Source: Lama glama (taxonomy: Eukaryota). From it: a stretch of 64,000 nt of DNA. The notes under the pieces are model-generated. The model had not been told where the DNA came from and did no database searches. It saw only the letters and a list, made by a program, of their open reading frames with translations. How positions within the stretch are numbered: the stretch's first letter is position 1; each line of letters begins with the position of its first letter. Location: positions 9,736,001 through 9,800,000 of the forward strand of contig CM052817.1 of NCBI GenBank assembly GCA_028534125.1, read 5' to 3'. The position numbers and the translations under genes were made by a program. This document shows, piece by piece, positions 24,234 to 39,070 of the stretch.

Positions 24234-26399
24234 GTGAGAAGGAAGAAAGGCAACTTCTGGTGGGAGTGGACCAAAGTCCGCTAAAGGGAGGCATTAGGGG
24301 GTTCGCTGGAGGGAGGCACGTTTCGGTTCTGCTCAGGGAACTAAAGGATGTCTCCCCGGGGAAGGGTTTGTGATCCAGGATCTGAGGGGAGATATAGTCT
24401 GTGTCAGCTGAAAGGGTCAGGCTGAGGTTCTTAGGCCTATTTAGGTCGCTAGAGGGCTTGAGGAAACAGTCAGGAATCTCCTGGGAAGAGGGTTACATTC
24501 TAATCTACCTAAATCTCATACCTGCAAGTTCCGACCCTGAAGGCCTAAGTACTAATGACAAGGAAACAAAGGAGAGGGCGAGAGATAGAAGGTAATTTTA
24601 AGTTATTGGTTACGAGACAGATTTGCAGGACCTTCAGAAAGGAATCAAGCCTTAACCGTCCCTTTAAAAAAAAATGAATATTTTAGACAGACAAAAGGTA
24701 GAAATAAAAATATAACTAGCATTTGTGTATTCACCTAACAGGAGGAATAGTTATATAATTGAAGTCCTTTGTCTTCTCCGCCCGATCCCATTCTGTTCCC
24801 CCTTGCCCAAGGTAACCACCCTCCCCTTTCAGCGCCTTTGATTACATATGTAGTGCTGTTTTGCATAGTTCTGACAACCAGAGATGTGTATATTCTTTGG
24901 CAGCTTTCTCTAACTTGGTGTAAGATTTCTCAGGGTTATGTAACTCTAGTTCATTCATTGTAACAGCTGAACAGGTATTCCCTTATAGGAATATATATCA
25001 CTGTTTATCCATTTTCTTGCTTTATGTCCCCAGTGCCTGACACATTGTAAATACACAAATGTTGGTTGAATGGATGAATGCTGTAGCATCTGAGATAAAT
25101 AATGAAGAATGAGTAGAATGTCAAATGACTTAAGAAGGCAAAAAGAGTATTTCAGGCAAAGAGAATACCAGTCAGAACAAAAGCAGAAAGTGCATGAGGT
25201 TTTTCAAGAACCTCCACAGTCTTAGAGCTTAAAATGTAGAATTGCATGGAGATAGAGGATGAAGGAGAAACTGAGAGAAATAGGATGAGGCTTGAATTTA
25301 AAGGCTATTATCTTGAGTAGATTACACTAGCCCAGAGCCATTAGAGGTTTCTCAGTTATGAGGAAACTGATCAGAGCTATATTTTTAGAAGGTAATACTC
25401 ATAGCACCATGGAGATATGTCTAAGAAGTACAAATTAGGGAACGTGGCAGGGAATTAAAGACCACCTATCAAGCATAACAATGATCATTGCATTAAGCGT
25501 GTAAGGCAATCATGCAGACTTGCTCAAGACCCTGAAACATTTTCCCAGTCCATTCATGTCTAGAAAAGTGACAAGTACTTGTCACTTTTCTAGACAACTG
25601 TTTCACACCTTCTGTCAAGCTGGCCACATTTTTTACTTCAGACTCCCAGTTAGCTGCTACCTTGCAACCTCTTTCAGCTAGAAAAGGACTTCCCTGTGCT
25701 TTCATCCCCACGTCTACCAGATCTTTCCTAATACTCTGTGTCCACTATTACTGTAGGTTAATTGTGTGATTTAGGAGAGGGAGACTAGGCCCTTTAAGAA
25801 AACTTTTTTTAATACAACAGTCTGAAGCATAGACAATTATAAACTCAAGAAAGATTGGATTGAAATGGGAATAGTAAAAATACAAAAGAACAGAATGATT
25901 TAAAGGTAATTGTTTTTGCCTAAAAGAATACTTAGTATTTCATACCTATAGTAATATAAATACCATTTTTCATGTGAATTTCTTATTTTCAGGTAGATTT
26001 AAGTGTTAGTCTTTATAAGCTAAACCTAAATATAGTTTACATTTCTGTTTTTATAGGACCATTATTTCTACTGCTTAACATTGTAAGCATTTTATTTTGA
26101 AATAGGATTTTGCTGATGATCGAATTTTAAAGAATATGTTTTACTAACCTTTGTCTTACATATAGCCAAATTGTTCAAATATAGTTTGGTCACTTATTTT
26201 TTACTGACTAATAAAAATAGAATGTTCATGGTACAGTTTACTACAGGTGTCATTCATTCTCTCTTATCTTTCAGATACATTTATTAATGTATGACAAACA
26301 CTATTCTAGAAACAGGTGGATAAAAAGATTCATTAATGGAAAGTCACTAACCTGAAATCATATCACATGACTATATTAATGCACCTTGGTATACAAGAA

Positions 26400-29300
26400 A
26401 TTTTAACTACAAGTGTTTGGTTACCTTAATTGAAATTCTCTCCTAAAGAAAGGCTAAGCTAGATGCACAGCTGATTAAAGAGCATTATTGCTCTGAAATG
26501 TGGTTAACCTCAATGCATACATCTTAAGCAGCTGTGCACACATCTATAGATTTGTGAAGTTTGGGCCAGAAGGACTCTGTCCCAGCAGAACCCACCTGGG
26601 TTATGGAATTACACATGTACTTACTCATGTTAATGTATGTATAGGCCCTGATTTACATTGAGTTTTAATTGAGAATATCTCTGTTTAAAGTTCCAAAACT
26701 TACGTTTAGACCAAAAACCTCAGGTTTGAACCTACTCCCAAACTCCTGTGACTTCCCAGTAAGGCACCTTTCAGAGACAAAGGTAATGAAAAGAGGGCAA
26801 ACGAAAGACTTTGCAGCATGTTTTGTCTAACGCCACCTTTCTTTAGCTACACAGGTGAATATCTATAAAACATCTGGAGAGGGGCGGCATATAGGATAAA
26901 ATTGTAGTGGTTTGAGATTTCTTGTGGGGGAGAAGCATTAAAAACAAATGAGCATCCTTAACTATGACAGGAAGAATCAATAAATGTTCTCTTTCACTTA
27001 TTAAGAGCAGTTATATGTGAGTCAGATTGCTTCAAGTCTACTGTGAATTGCCCTCCAACTGTTCTGATTCATTGAAAAGATCTATGTGCGGTTGCTTTTC
27101 CAGCAAGTTAGTTCTGGTTTAATACATTGACACTGTCCACTATGCTCTGACATCCCAGAGGAATCTGCCATTAACTCTTTAGTTTAGTCCTACTAACGAC
27201 TTTGGCAGACAGGCCATAAGAAGACCTCCAAAGAAAAGCATTGCCTCTTTCTCAGACCAACTTGAAATACTTAGGACATGTCATCTTTTAAGGAAACATC
27301 TAATGAAGATTAAGTCAAAGGCACCAGACCCAGAATTCTCTCCCATATGCACAGTTTTTAAAGTATAACCACGTACTATGTACAGTCGCTCTCTAGCAAC
27401 TGATCATAATTTAAGGATTTATGATAAGTTGATATTTTTAAGCCCCTCCTAAGGCAACCAACACCTAAAAATGACACCACCCTAATGAATAAACCGTGAC
27501 CTCTGCCCCTATTTTTAGCTCTTCCTGATGACCAGCCCTTTATATTACTAGACAGAAAACTATGCCAAGAGATTGCTAGTCTAAAAACAGGGTTATGTAT
27601 TTTGCTGTCTTGCATACTACAACTTAATCCTTCTCCCTGTAGTGGTAGTTTTCTCAGATGGCACCTGCTTGCATATCCCTGTATCTGCATTCCAACAACA
27701 TTGCTCTGGGGTGCGCTTTAAAGCTTTTAGAGTTTCAAGTAAAGTTTCTGCCCTTAAATTTAACATTTAACATTTGTCAATGCCAAACTAACCAGATAGG
27801 AAAATATTATCTTGACAGTTTCCCACATTATTCTTTCTCACTGGATTGTGCTAAATTGAATAATCCATCTCACCAGCCACCTTTATCCCTGACTATTCAG
27901 GTGTATACCCTCAGTTCTGACTTGGTTCTGTTTTCTGACAGTTCTTATCAGAGATACCAACAGGGTAACTCATTACCAGAGTAAGGCTGTCACAACTTAT
28001 AAAATCTAAGTGCAATCCCTTTGGCATTATTTGAAGCCTGTCAGTGTGAATGAATTACATTAACAAAAGTTGGCACTGTTGCAAAAAAAAAAAAATCGAG
28101 CAACATCTATGCTATGTCTAGAAAGCATGTGTGCGCATGGTTTTGGCAAGCTCTAATAACAAAAAGATACACAAACTTTGCAGAGATCCTTGGTAAAAAT
28201 GTAATGTACATATAATATAGCAATCAGGGGCCTTAGTATTTACCTAAAGGAGTTGAAAACTTTTGTCCACACAAAAACGTGCAACCAATGTTTATAGCAG
28301 CTTTATTCATAGTTGCCAAAATTTGGAAGCAACCAAGATGTCTTTCAATAGATGAATGGATAAACTGTGTTACAGCCAGACAATGAAATATTTTTCAGTG
28401 CTAAAAAGAAATGAGCTATCAAGCCATGAAAATACATGGAGGAACCTTAAATGCATGTTACTAAGTAAAAGAATCCAATCTGAAAAATCTGTATACTATG
28501 TAATTCCAACAGTATGACATTCTGGAAAAGGCAAAACGAGCTGAGCTGATTTAAAAAAAAAAAAAAATCAATGGCTGCCAGAGATTGGGGGGATGGAGGA
28601 AGGCAAGGATGACTAGGCAGAGCAAAGGATTTTTAGGGCAGTGAAAATACTCTGATACCATGATGATGGATACATGTCATTATACACTTGTCAAAACCCA
28701 TAGAATGTACACCATCAAGAGTGAATCCTAATACAAATTTTGATTACGATGTGTCAGTGTAGGTTTATCAGTTGTAACAAATGTACCACTTTGGTGGACG
28801 GTGTTGATAACAGAGAAGACCATGCATATGTGGGGGCAGGAAATATATGGGAAACCTCTACCTTTTATTCAATTTGGCTATGAACCTAAGTTGTTCTTTT
28901 AAAAAGTTTATTAAATTAAAAAATGCATTATACATGGTATACTGTAAGTCTCCTTCAAGTTTACAGTTAAGAGTAAAGCCCATATAAATATAATTAATGA
29001 AGTCTCAAGGAACAATCTCACCAAGGCTATGGCTTCCTCCCTCTGGCAACATCTTTCTTGTTTCAAGGTCATTATGCCTTATGATGGCTCTTTCAAAGGC
29101 TGTCTTTATTATTAAAAGACTAGCCTCCACATAAATACAGTGGTGACAGGCTGATGAAAATTGATGGCATGCAGATAATTTGTAGGACAGTTTTGAGTGC
29201 TGCCTAGTATTATCGAAACCGATACTTATTTATGTACTGTACTCTGTTCACTCATGGAGGAAGGATGGGTGATAGCTAGAATGAAAAATATTTAATATAT

Positions 29301-29540
29301 CCCCAAAACTGAGGGATTCCAATCTTCTTATCAAGTGATTGGGGGAATTTATGCGCCAGGCAAGTAATAAAAGTAATCTCAAGATATGGGTGTTTCAGCT
29401 TCAACACTGACTTCCTAGAAGAACTCATGGAAGGCAAAATCTGTTCTAAAAAATAACAGACCTTATGGGGAAAATAGGATTAGGGCCAAACCGTACCACT
29501 TTATAACCAGAGCAATAACAAAATAAAAATGGTTTACCCA
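26400..29540 (+). mobile_element. ancient class I ERV internal region (pol remnant), interrupted by L1
   Basis: Degenerate RT (LV*YID ... LLTTLAD.GHK..SKEK ... KYLGHVI, about 27110-27285); LALPD.QPF at about 27515-27540; integrase-like GIPIFLSSDWG at about 29313-29345. Confidence 0.6.
28215..28925 (+). mobile_element. L1MB-like 3' fragment
   Basis: gtatttacctaaaggagttgaaaac ... ggaagcaaccaagatgtctttcaatag ... aacaaatgtaccact. Confidence 0.85.
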
Positions 29541-29545
29541 GGATT

Positions 29546-30045
29546 TGTTTTAATCAGGTGTGATAATACACACAGACACAGAAATGGCTCTCATGAAGCA
29601 GGTGGTTTTTATACTTACCCCTAGATACAGGAGGAAGAGCGTGCCATTGCCACGCCACACAGCGGAGGACGGGGGGCACGCTGGGGAGCCCCAGGATTGG
29701 GCAGGAGGGAGAGGGAGCGGAAGGGGAACTGTGGAAAAGCCTGTATCTGGGTTTTCTGGGGAGAGAATTGGCCAGACCCAGCAAACAGGTTTCAGATTGG
29801 CTTTTTGAATAATTTCACTGGGCTTCGGGGCATGGGGGCTGTGCCTAGTTACCTGGTGCCTGGCCCCAGGGTGACCAGGGCAGGGGAATACCTGTGGTTT
29901 GAACACTGTGTTCCTGGGCTGTGTTTACTATCAGTCAAGTGGTTTGCCCTTAGGAATTAGCTAACCTTGGAAGGAACAGTCCCTCTCTGTTTAGTGAGAA
30001 CTCAGATGCCAGAGCATCAAGAATACAGAAAATAAGGAAATACAG
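29546..30045 (-). mobile_element. solo LTR (MER54/MER74-like)
   Basis: tgataatacacacagacac ... gaaatggctctcatgaagcagg pattern; family assigned from memory. Confidence 0.55.
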
Positions 30046-30779
30046 TTAGCTCAAGTAGTCCTAATAAAAGTATTGACATCGTTAAGACCTTTAATTTCTA
30101 ATAAACACTACGGTAAATGTAAGACCTGTCTCCTCCCACAAACGGCATAACTTGATGGAGAGGTTTGTAAGGAAGTGCTGTGTTTCATGCTGACAGGTTC
30201 AGAGAGCAGTGCAGTAAGTACTTCCACGAGGCGCATGGCCAAACTTGAGGAAGTACATACAGCGAGTGAGCCGTGCTTCTCCTTGGTGTGCTGGATTTAG
30301 TTTTGTCAGCGTAATTTACAACTCCTGAAGCCGACTTCTGGGTCTGACTGACATCATTTTTTCTATCTACCAATCTTGGCCGAGGGGGTTTTGCTGGGAG
30401 CCATTCCACCAATGTCGATGGCCCTTGACAAAGTCGGGGCAAAATGGTCGTGCGGATGGCAAAGCAGTCGCCACTCTGGAAAATACTAGCATTTCCTTCT
30501 GTTGTTCATAGGGCCTATAATTGGATTGGGGATATCTTTGGGATACATGGGCTTTTTGAAAACTGTACAGGATGATTCTCAACCTGGGGAAATAATAGGG
30601 GCTATGATGATGACTGTGCAGGGCACATTAAGTACTTGGGAACAAATCAAAAGATCAGGGCCCCCATGGTGTGTCATGCCTTACACCTTAAAGACAATGT
30701 GTGCCGCCAGCTCTGTAAAAAACATAAGATGGATATCTATAGCTTTCCTTGTAGGTAATAAGAACAATAATCAGCCCAC

Positions 30780-31205
30780 TGTTTGGGTTCCAGGTGCCAG
30801 TTGGCTGGGACCTTTGTGACCTTTTCTTTTTGTGCTTGTTTTTATGAAATAGTCTTCAGTTAAATAGAATTGAAAATAGGTTGAAAGGTAATGATTAACT
30901 AGGTAGAGGGCTAGGAGGATAATTTAAGAAATCATAAGGGTGATGACGTTCAGCCAAGTCGAAAAAGGCCCATGACCACATCTGGGTATAGAAAATAGGT
31001 CAACAATGTAAACAATGAAGGTGTAAGAATCAACTTGGCCACAACGTGAAATCACCTGTCTGATAAAATTGTATAAATACCACAAATAAAGACAGCCTTG
31101 CAGAGTTGCCTGCATGGTGATCAAACCTTGACTGGCTCTCTCACTCTTTCGCCAACGCCGTCCATCCGTGGGTGCTCCTGGCCCTGCTGGAACGGGACTC
31201 CGGCA
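30780..31205 (+). mobile_element. ERV2/ERVK-like solo LTR
   Basis: TATA-like gtataaata, AATAAA near 31085, and terminus ggactccggca as in artiodactyl ERV2 LTRs. Confidence 0.55.
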
Positions 31206-31344
31206 GGGTTTGGCTTAGAGAAACAGGCCTAAGCCTATATGACGTGGTGTTGAGGATGCTGCAGGCTTTTTGCTTCAGCACCCATGACCTTGGATATTGT
31301 AAAAGCCTCTAAAGCTGGCAATAACATTGCTCTGTGTTGTCATG

Positions 31345-31375
31345 CTTAATGTCATATCTCTGGTCTTATTCCCAG
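31345..31375 (+). promoter_or_regulatory. putative splice acceptor of the FAM200B coding exon
   Basis: Branch-like cttaat, pyrimidine tract tctctggtcttattccc, AG at 31374-31375; about 750 nt upstream of the ATG. Confidence 0.4.
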
Positions 31376-32127
31376 GTCAAGGATGCATTCCAAGAAAATT
31401 TAAAAAATATGTCACCAGCTCCAACCTTATAGCTGACCTAACCATGGAAAACCTCATTGGATCCTCTCTAGATCAGACCATAACTGGCACTCTTAAAAAT
31501 CCTCCCCATCAAAAAGTATCAGGGATGAAAATCTGAGATATATATACCTTCCACTTCAAGAAATTTCCTGTATCAGCCAACAGTTTCGCAAGTCAGCTGG
31601 TTTCTTTGATCATCAAACTGACATAGTCAAGCTACCAACACAACAGAGGAAAACATGTCTGTATGAGTGTTCTTCACATTATGCATGTGACCCATTTAGT
31701 AGGTCATGTGATCAATTTTGTGAGTCACGACGAACATTTTGTTGAGACAAAATAAAATATAAAATATCAGAATGAATATTCTCTGCATGAATCCTTTGCC
31801 AGAATTGTGCACATTGCAAGGAATACTAAGATCAGTTCCACTATGAGGAAAGATTTGGTCGAGGTGATATGATGCCCAAGAAATGTTTTTTTCAGTCATT
31901 TGTCCACTGATGTCTTGTTTGGTTTTCATAATAACAAGGTCAATGTGCAGTCTAGTTTTTTATCACCATGACTTGCAACCGGATGAAAGTCTGAGATGTT
32001 CAACTGAGATTCAGTTGTAAACTGCATTTTTTAGAAAGATGTTATCCAGGCTATAGATAAATAAATAAATAAATAAAAAATTTTGAGTTAGTGGCAATTA
32101 AAACATTTTTTCAAAATTGCTTTTAAA

Positions 32128-34118
<1,991 letters not shown>

Positions 34119-34229
34119 ATAAATCTTACCTGGCTTTTGTTTTTGCATTTCTTATTTTCTGATATTTTCTGTGTAGTATTTAATTGTTGTGATAAATTTT
34201 TGTTTTTGTTTTTGCTATATTTGAGTATG

Positions 34230-34235
34230 AATAAA
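34230..34235 (+). terminator. candidate polyadenylation signal for FAM200B
   Basis: AATAAA about 110 nt after the ancestral stop codon. Confidence 0.4.
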
Positions 34236-34721
34236 ATCATTATGTACTTTTATGTTCATTGAACAAAAATTTAATGAACTTCTATTAGAGCTCAGCAACC
34301 GTTCTGAGACATTTAGGATACAAAGTGAAGGAAACAGATCATTCTCTAGGGGGCTTATGTTCTGACAAGGAAAGTGAGAGACAATAAACATGATAGATAA
34401 GCTTTATAATATTTAGAAGGTAATAAGTGTTGTAGAAAGTAATAAGAAAGGAGGTCGGGGAACTATCTGGGGACCACATCGAAGGGCTCTAGACCATTAT
34501 AAGGCCTGTGAGGTTTTGTCAGTGGAATGTAGAGCAATGGAAGGGTCCTGCAGAGGAGAGACAGGATGTGAATTAGGTTTTTAAAAACTCACTCTGATTC
34601 TGTTTTGAGAATAGATTGAACTAAATGTTACCTCTTTAAAGAGATCTCGCCTAAGGACCGTAGTTTGGGTGCATCCTTCATTATTCTTTAATTTCTTTGT
34701 TTTCTTGGTAATTTGTAACTT

Positions 34722-34855
34722 ACTTTTTTTAATATTTCTTGGGGAAATTAATTAGGTTTATTTATTCATTTATTTCAGTGGAGTTACTGGGGATTGAATC
34801 CAGGACCTTGTGCATGCTAAGCACGCACTCTACCACTGAGCTATATCCACCCCTC
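34722..34855 (-). mobile_element. tRNA-derived SINE (Vic-1-like)
   Basis: actggggattgaatccaggacc ... ctaccactgagctata. Confidence 0.8.
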
Positions 34856-35849
34856 GGTAGTATGTAATTTATTATGTTTGTATTTCTTTCGTTACTAGTT
34901 CTGTCAGTCTGCCACCCTGGGATGAACACTCCAGAGAAGCAAAGATCATGTCCACCTTGCCTGACACATATTAAGTGGATATTCAGTTTACATTTGGTGA
35001 AGAACCAATGAATCAATGATATCTTAACACCTGTAACATGAGGTCATATTCCCAGGAACAATTGTTAAATGTATGGCAAATTTCTTTTCTCTTTTTACAT
35101 TTAAAATCTCTATAAGCATCCCAGAATAGCACTGATTGATGTTGCTTCCTCACACTATTGCTGGAAATTAAGCAACTTATATGCTTAATTGGTCTTCCAC
35201 AAACTATTTCAACATCTGCCTCTCTTTATGTATTTCCTGACTCCACTGGGTAACGTTTCTTTTGGCATGGTCTTTCTCTAAAATCATATAGGTTAGCCTT
35301 TCAGTGTTCAAGGTCAGCCCTGTAATGTTTGATTTTTCAGATTTTTTGTTTTATTAAAGGTAGTAGATTACACACACACACACACACACGCACTTTTTGA
35401 TTCTTAAAGTGTTGGAAGACAATTCTCCATGAATAGCTTACATTTCTGCCCAGTCTAGATCCTCTGAATGGAAGTATTTGCTTCCAAGTTAAGGACGTTT
35501 GTATAAGGAGACATCCCAGGATGGTAAACTAGATGTTGTTCTTAGAAACATCCCAGGGAAGTAAAGATAAAGCATTCTCCTTCCCTCACTGGAGATATTT
35601 GCTTGCATTCCAGGAGTAATGAGTAATCTCTCTGTAGGGAAGGATGAGAAGATGGACCAGCAGCCCCATAAATACAGAGTCCCCAGGGGCATGACCATTG
35701 CGTGCAGAGGTAACGTCTGTGCGAATTGGGGTGTGGGGGGACCAACTCACAAGGCTGATCTGTGTGACTTTTTCTTTTTCTTTCTTTTTTTTTTTTTTTG
35801 CTATGAGTAATAAATTTTATCTCTGACCCAAAGGTCTTGTGTCTTTCTA

Positions 35850-38250
35850 ACAGTATATGTCACTTCTGTAAAATCCTTTTTACCATGTATGGCAATGTAG
35901 TCACAGGTTCCAGGGATTAAGACTTGGCCATCTTTAGTGGGTACCATTATTCAGTCTATCACAGTCTACCCCCAGTCCTCAAAGACTCTTATACATCCCA
36001 CATGAGAAATACCTTTGCCCATTCCAAGGCCCCACAAAATCTCAGCCATTACAGCACTAACTCAAGTCTAAAATCTCATCTGAGCCTCAACTCAAGGGTC
36101 TCAAATCTCATATCTAATCATCTAAATTACCCTATGGATGCAAAGACCCTGGGGCAAAGTCCTCTGTGAACCTGTGAAACTAGAAAGCACATCTGTGCTC
36201 CTAAAATACAGTGGTCGGGCAGGCATAGGGTAACAGCTCCATTCCCGTTCAAGAATGGAGAAAATGAAAGAGTCACCAGCCAATCACTTTCAAAGCCTAC
36301 CTAGGCAAATTCCATTGCATAATTCTCATGTGGCTCATGCCTCTGCCCTCTGGACCACCGACTCCACTCTCTGGAGCTGTGGCTCCACCCTTGGGGTCAT
36401 CCTTTTTCATAAAAAGTAGCACATGTCAGTAGTTTTTATCAGCTTGTTCTCTGCCTGTAGAATTTTGTGAGTCTGACTGCCTTTTCATTTTTGTCCTCAG
36501 TCACATTTAGTCCAACTTGACAATGTCTTTGTTGGTATAGCATTCTCAAAACTCTGCGGATCACAGGGATTCACTCCATTAGAAAAGATGCTCCTCTACA
36601 GATCTTTGCTGAATAATCTCATCTCTGTTTTTGGTTCTGAGGTGGCTGACAGGACCCCTAAGTCACACGCCCCTTCAAAGAGCCCTCTGTATACTTGAAT
36701 GCTCTAAACTGTTGTACTTCCCAAGTGCTAGCAGAAGTCTATCCACACTTAAAAATACTTAAGATAATAACTTTTATGTATACCTTACCACAATTAAAAT
36801 TTTTTCTAATTAAGAAAATATTGTAACCACATCACTGACTTATTCTCCAGAGCATGCTTCCCTGACAGTGGATCTGTTCAATTAAGCATCGTCTGCAATC
36901 TGGGTAGGTTGACAATTTCCCAGATCATCAAATTCCAGTTCCTTTTTGTAACAGTTCTCTCCATTACGTTTCACTTTTAGGTCACATCTTCAGTAGTTGG
37001 CTTGGAAATCTCAACCAAATATCCAAGTTTATTGCTTGTATGTTCTGTTTTCTATATAATTATGGGACACAATCTAAGCTTTCTACCATTATATAACAGA
37101 ATCACCTTTCCTCCAGTTTCCAAAAATGTTTCTCATTTCCTTCTGAACCCTCACTAACAATGCTTTTAAAATCCACTTTTCTACAAACAGTGTTTATGAT
37201 TTCATTATTAAGACCATACAGGTTTCTCTATCATGCTCTTCACTTCCCTCCAGGACCTCAGCAGAAGCATCTTTAGCACCCATATTTCTACAAACAGTTT
37301 ATTAAAGGCAATCTAGGATTTTTCTATCATGTTCTTCAAAATCCTTCCAGCTTCTCTTCAACCCATTACCCACTTCCAAACCACTTTAATATTTTTAATA
37401 TTTGTTACAGTAGGGTTGTCATAGTTTGGAACCAGAAAAATGTCTTTCTTCTGATGGCTGAGCTCACCTCGCCTGTTCTTCAGTCTCGCTTCTTCTTTGG
37501 GGCACACTCCTTGCCGACTCTGGCCCAGATTAACCAAGAGTAACAGTCCTGTGCTAGTGATGTCCCAACCTCAGTCTGAAGGAAAAAGGGAGGCAGAAAG
37601 AGGGATACTTCCAGATACCGAAATTTGTGCTCATTTCCTATTGCTTTTGAAATTTTTTTCATTTTATTACTTTTGACGGAGGCCCTGGGGATGGAACCCA
37701 GGACCTCATGCATGCTGGTCGTGCGCTCTACCACTGAGCTATACCCCACCCACCCCCACTTTTGCTGCTGTAACAAACCACTACAAAATTATTGGCTTAA
37801 AACAATATGAATTTATTATCTTTTGAAGATCAGAAGTCCAATGATAGTCTCCCTGGACTAAAGTCAAGGTATCCACAGAGTTTGTTCCTTCTGGAGCCTC
37901 TAGGGAAGAATCTGTTTCCTTACTTTTTCCAGCTTGTAAAGTCTGCCTGCATTCCCTGTCTCCTGGTCCCTTCCTGTGTCTTCAAAGCCAGCAGCAAAGC
38001 ACCTTCAAATATCTCTCTGCTCCCAACATCACATTGCATTCTCTGTATGATCACTTCTCTGTGTGATTGCCTTCACATATGATTGTATTGGGGCCCATCC
38101 AGACAACCCATTATAATCTCTTCATCTCAGGATCCTTAACTTAATCACATTTGCAAAGTCCCTCTTACTGTGTAACATAATATATTCACAGGTTTCAGGG
38201 GACTAGGACACGGACAGCTTTGGGTCCAGGACTCAGGCTTACCACAACAG
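35850..38250. mobile_element. ERVL-MaLR (MLT1) LTR and internal fragments, with a nested SINE at about 37660-37755
   Basis: MLT1 LTR motifs (ttgctgctgtaacaaaccac, ttccttctggagcctctagggaagaatc, aacttaatcacatttgcaaagtccc) flanking MaLR-internal-like sequence. Confidence 0.6.
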
Positions 38251-39070
38251 AAAATAAACACAAGGAGCAAAGAAGATGATGCTAAGTATTTAAAGCATTT
38301 ACTGAGAGGACACTATGCAACCTGTTCTAAGACCTTCAAATTCATGATCTTTCCTGCTTCATCCCTTAACAACTCAAAATTCCAACCCACCAACAAGACA
38401 AAATTTGAACAAGGAAGTTCAGGAATTATTGAAAGCACTTGATGTTCAAGAGAAAAAAGTCCAAATCAGTATTGTGTCCAAGGTTAAGACAGGGCCCTAG
38501 TGTTTTTGTTTTTGTTTTTGTTTTTGTCAAGTGTCAACCTGCACTCTATTTACCAGTCAAATTAAAATTTTACCTTTTTCAGGAGATGCCCCAGGCTTTC
38601 CCATTATTCTGCCTTTGCTTAGGCAGTTGGTTCCTTCTGAAATCTCTTTCCTGCCAACTCTGTATGTCAGCATCCTATTCGTTCTTCTAGAACCTCATAT
38701 ATGGGGAGTGATAAACTGTGTATCTTTTCTATTTAGCTTCTTTCACTCAGTGTGTGTATTTTTTAGATTCTTCAGTATATCTGTAGTTTGTTCTCTGGAT
38801 TGCTTAGTAGTATTTTATTGTAGACCATATCACAGTTTGTTTATTCTTCTCATGTTGGGCGTTTGCATTGTTTAGGGGCTATTGCGAATTAAGCTGCTCT
38901 GAACATTTTGTGGATAAAGCTTTGGGTAAACACATTTTCATTTTTTCTTTGGTAAATATTTAGCAGTGGAAAATCTCCTTTGGTGAGTTATCTGCTCAAC
39001 TGTTTTGCCCATTTTAAAATTTGGGTTTTTCTTATTTTGGAGTTGCTGAGTTCTTTCTATTTTCTGGACA

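Larger units (their letters stand above)
23710..24330. promoter_or_regulatory. CpG-island bidirectional promoter (NCAPG-derived; likely FAM200B promoter)
   Basis: Dense CpG and high GC; CHR TTTGAA on - at 24000-24005 next to a CDE/E2F-like tcccgcggga; GC box ggggcgg near 24052; NRF1 gcgcatgcgca at 24070-24080. Confidence 0.85.

Noticed and set aside
23791..24274. 148 aa (+) and 103 aa (-) ORFs in the CpG island
   Set aside because: Stop-poor GC-rich sequence with non-ATG starts and no recognisable homology; the real signal is the minus-strand NCAPG exon 1 remnant.
30130..30820. Endogenous bornavirus-like or other non-retroviral element
   Set aside because: No bornaviral N, G or L motifs recognised; its position after integrase motifs fits ERV env better.
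24300..31700. DCAF16 coding sequence expected head-to-head with NCAPG
   Set aside because: No MGPRNPSP/acidic-tract DCAF16-like sequence recognised; the region reads as L1, L2 and ERV remnants.
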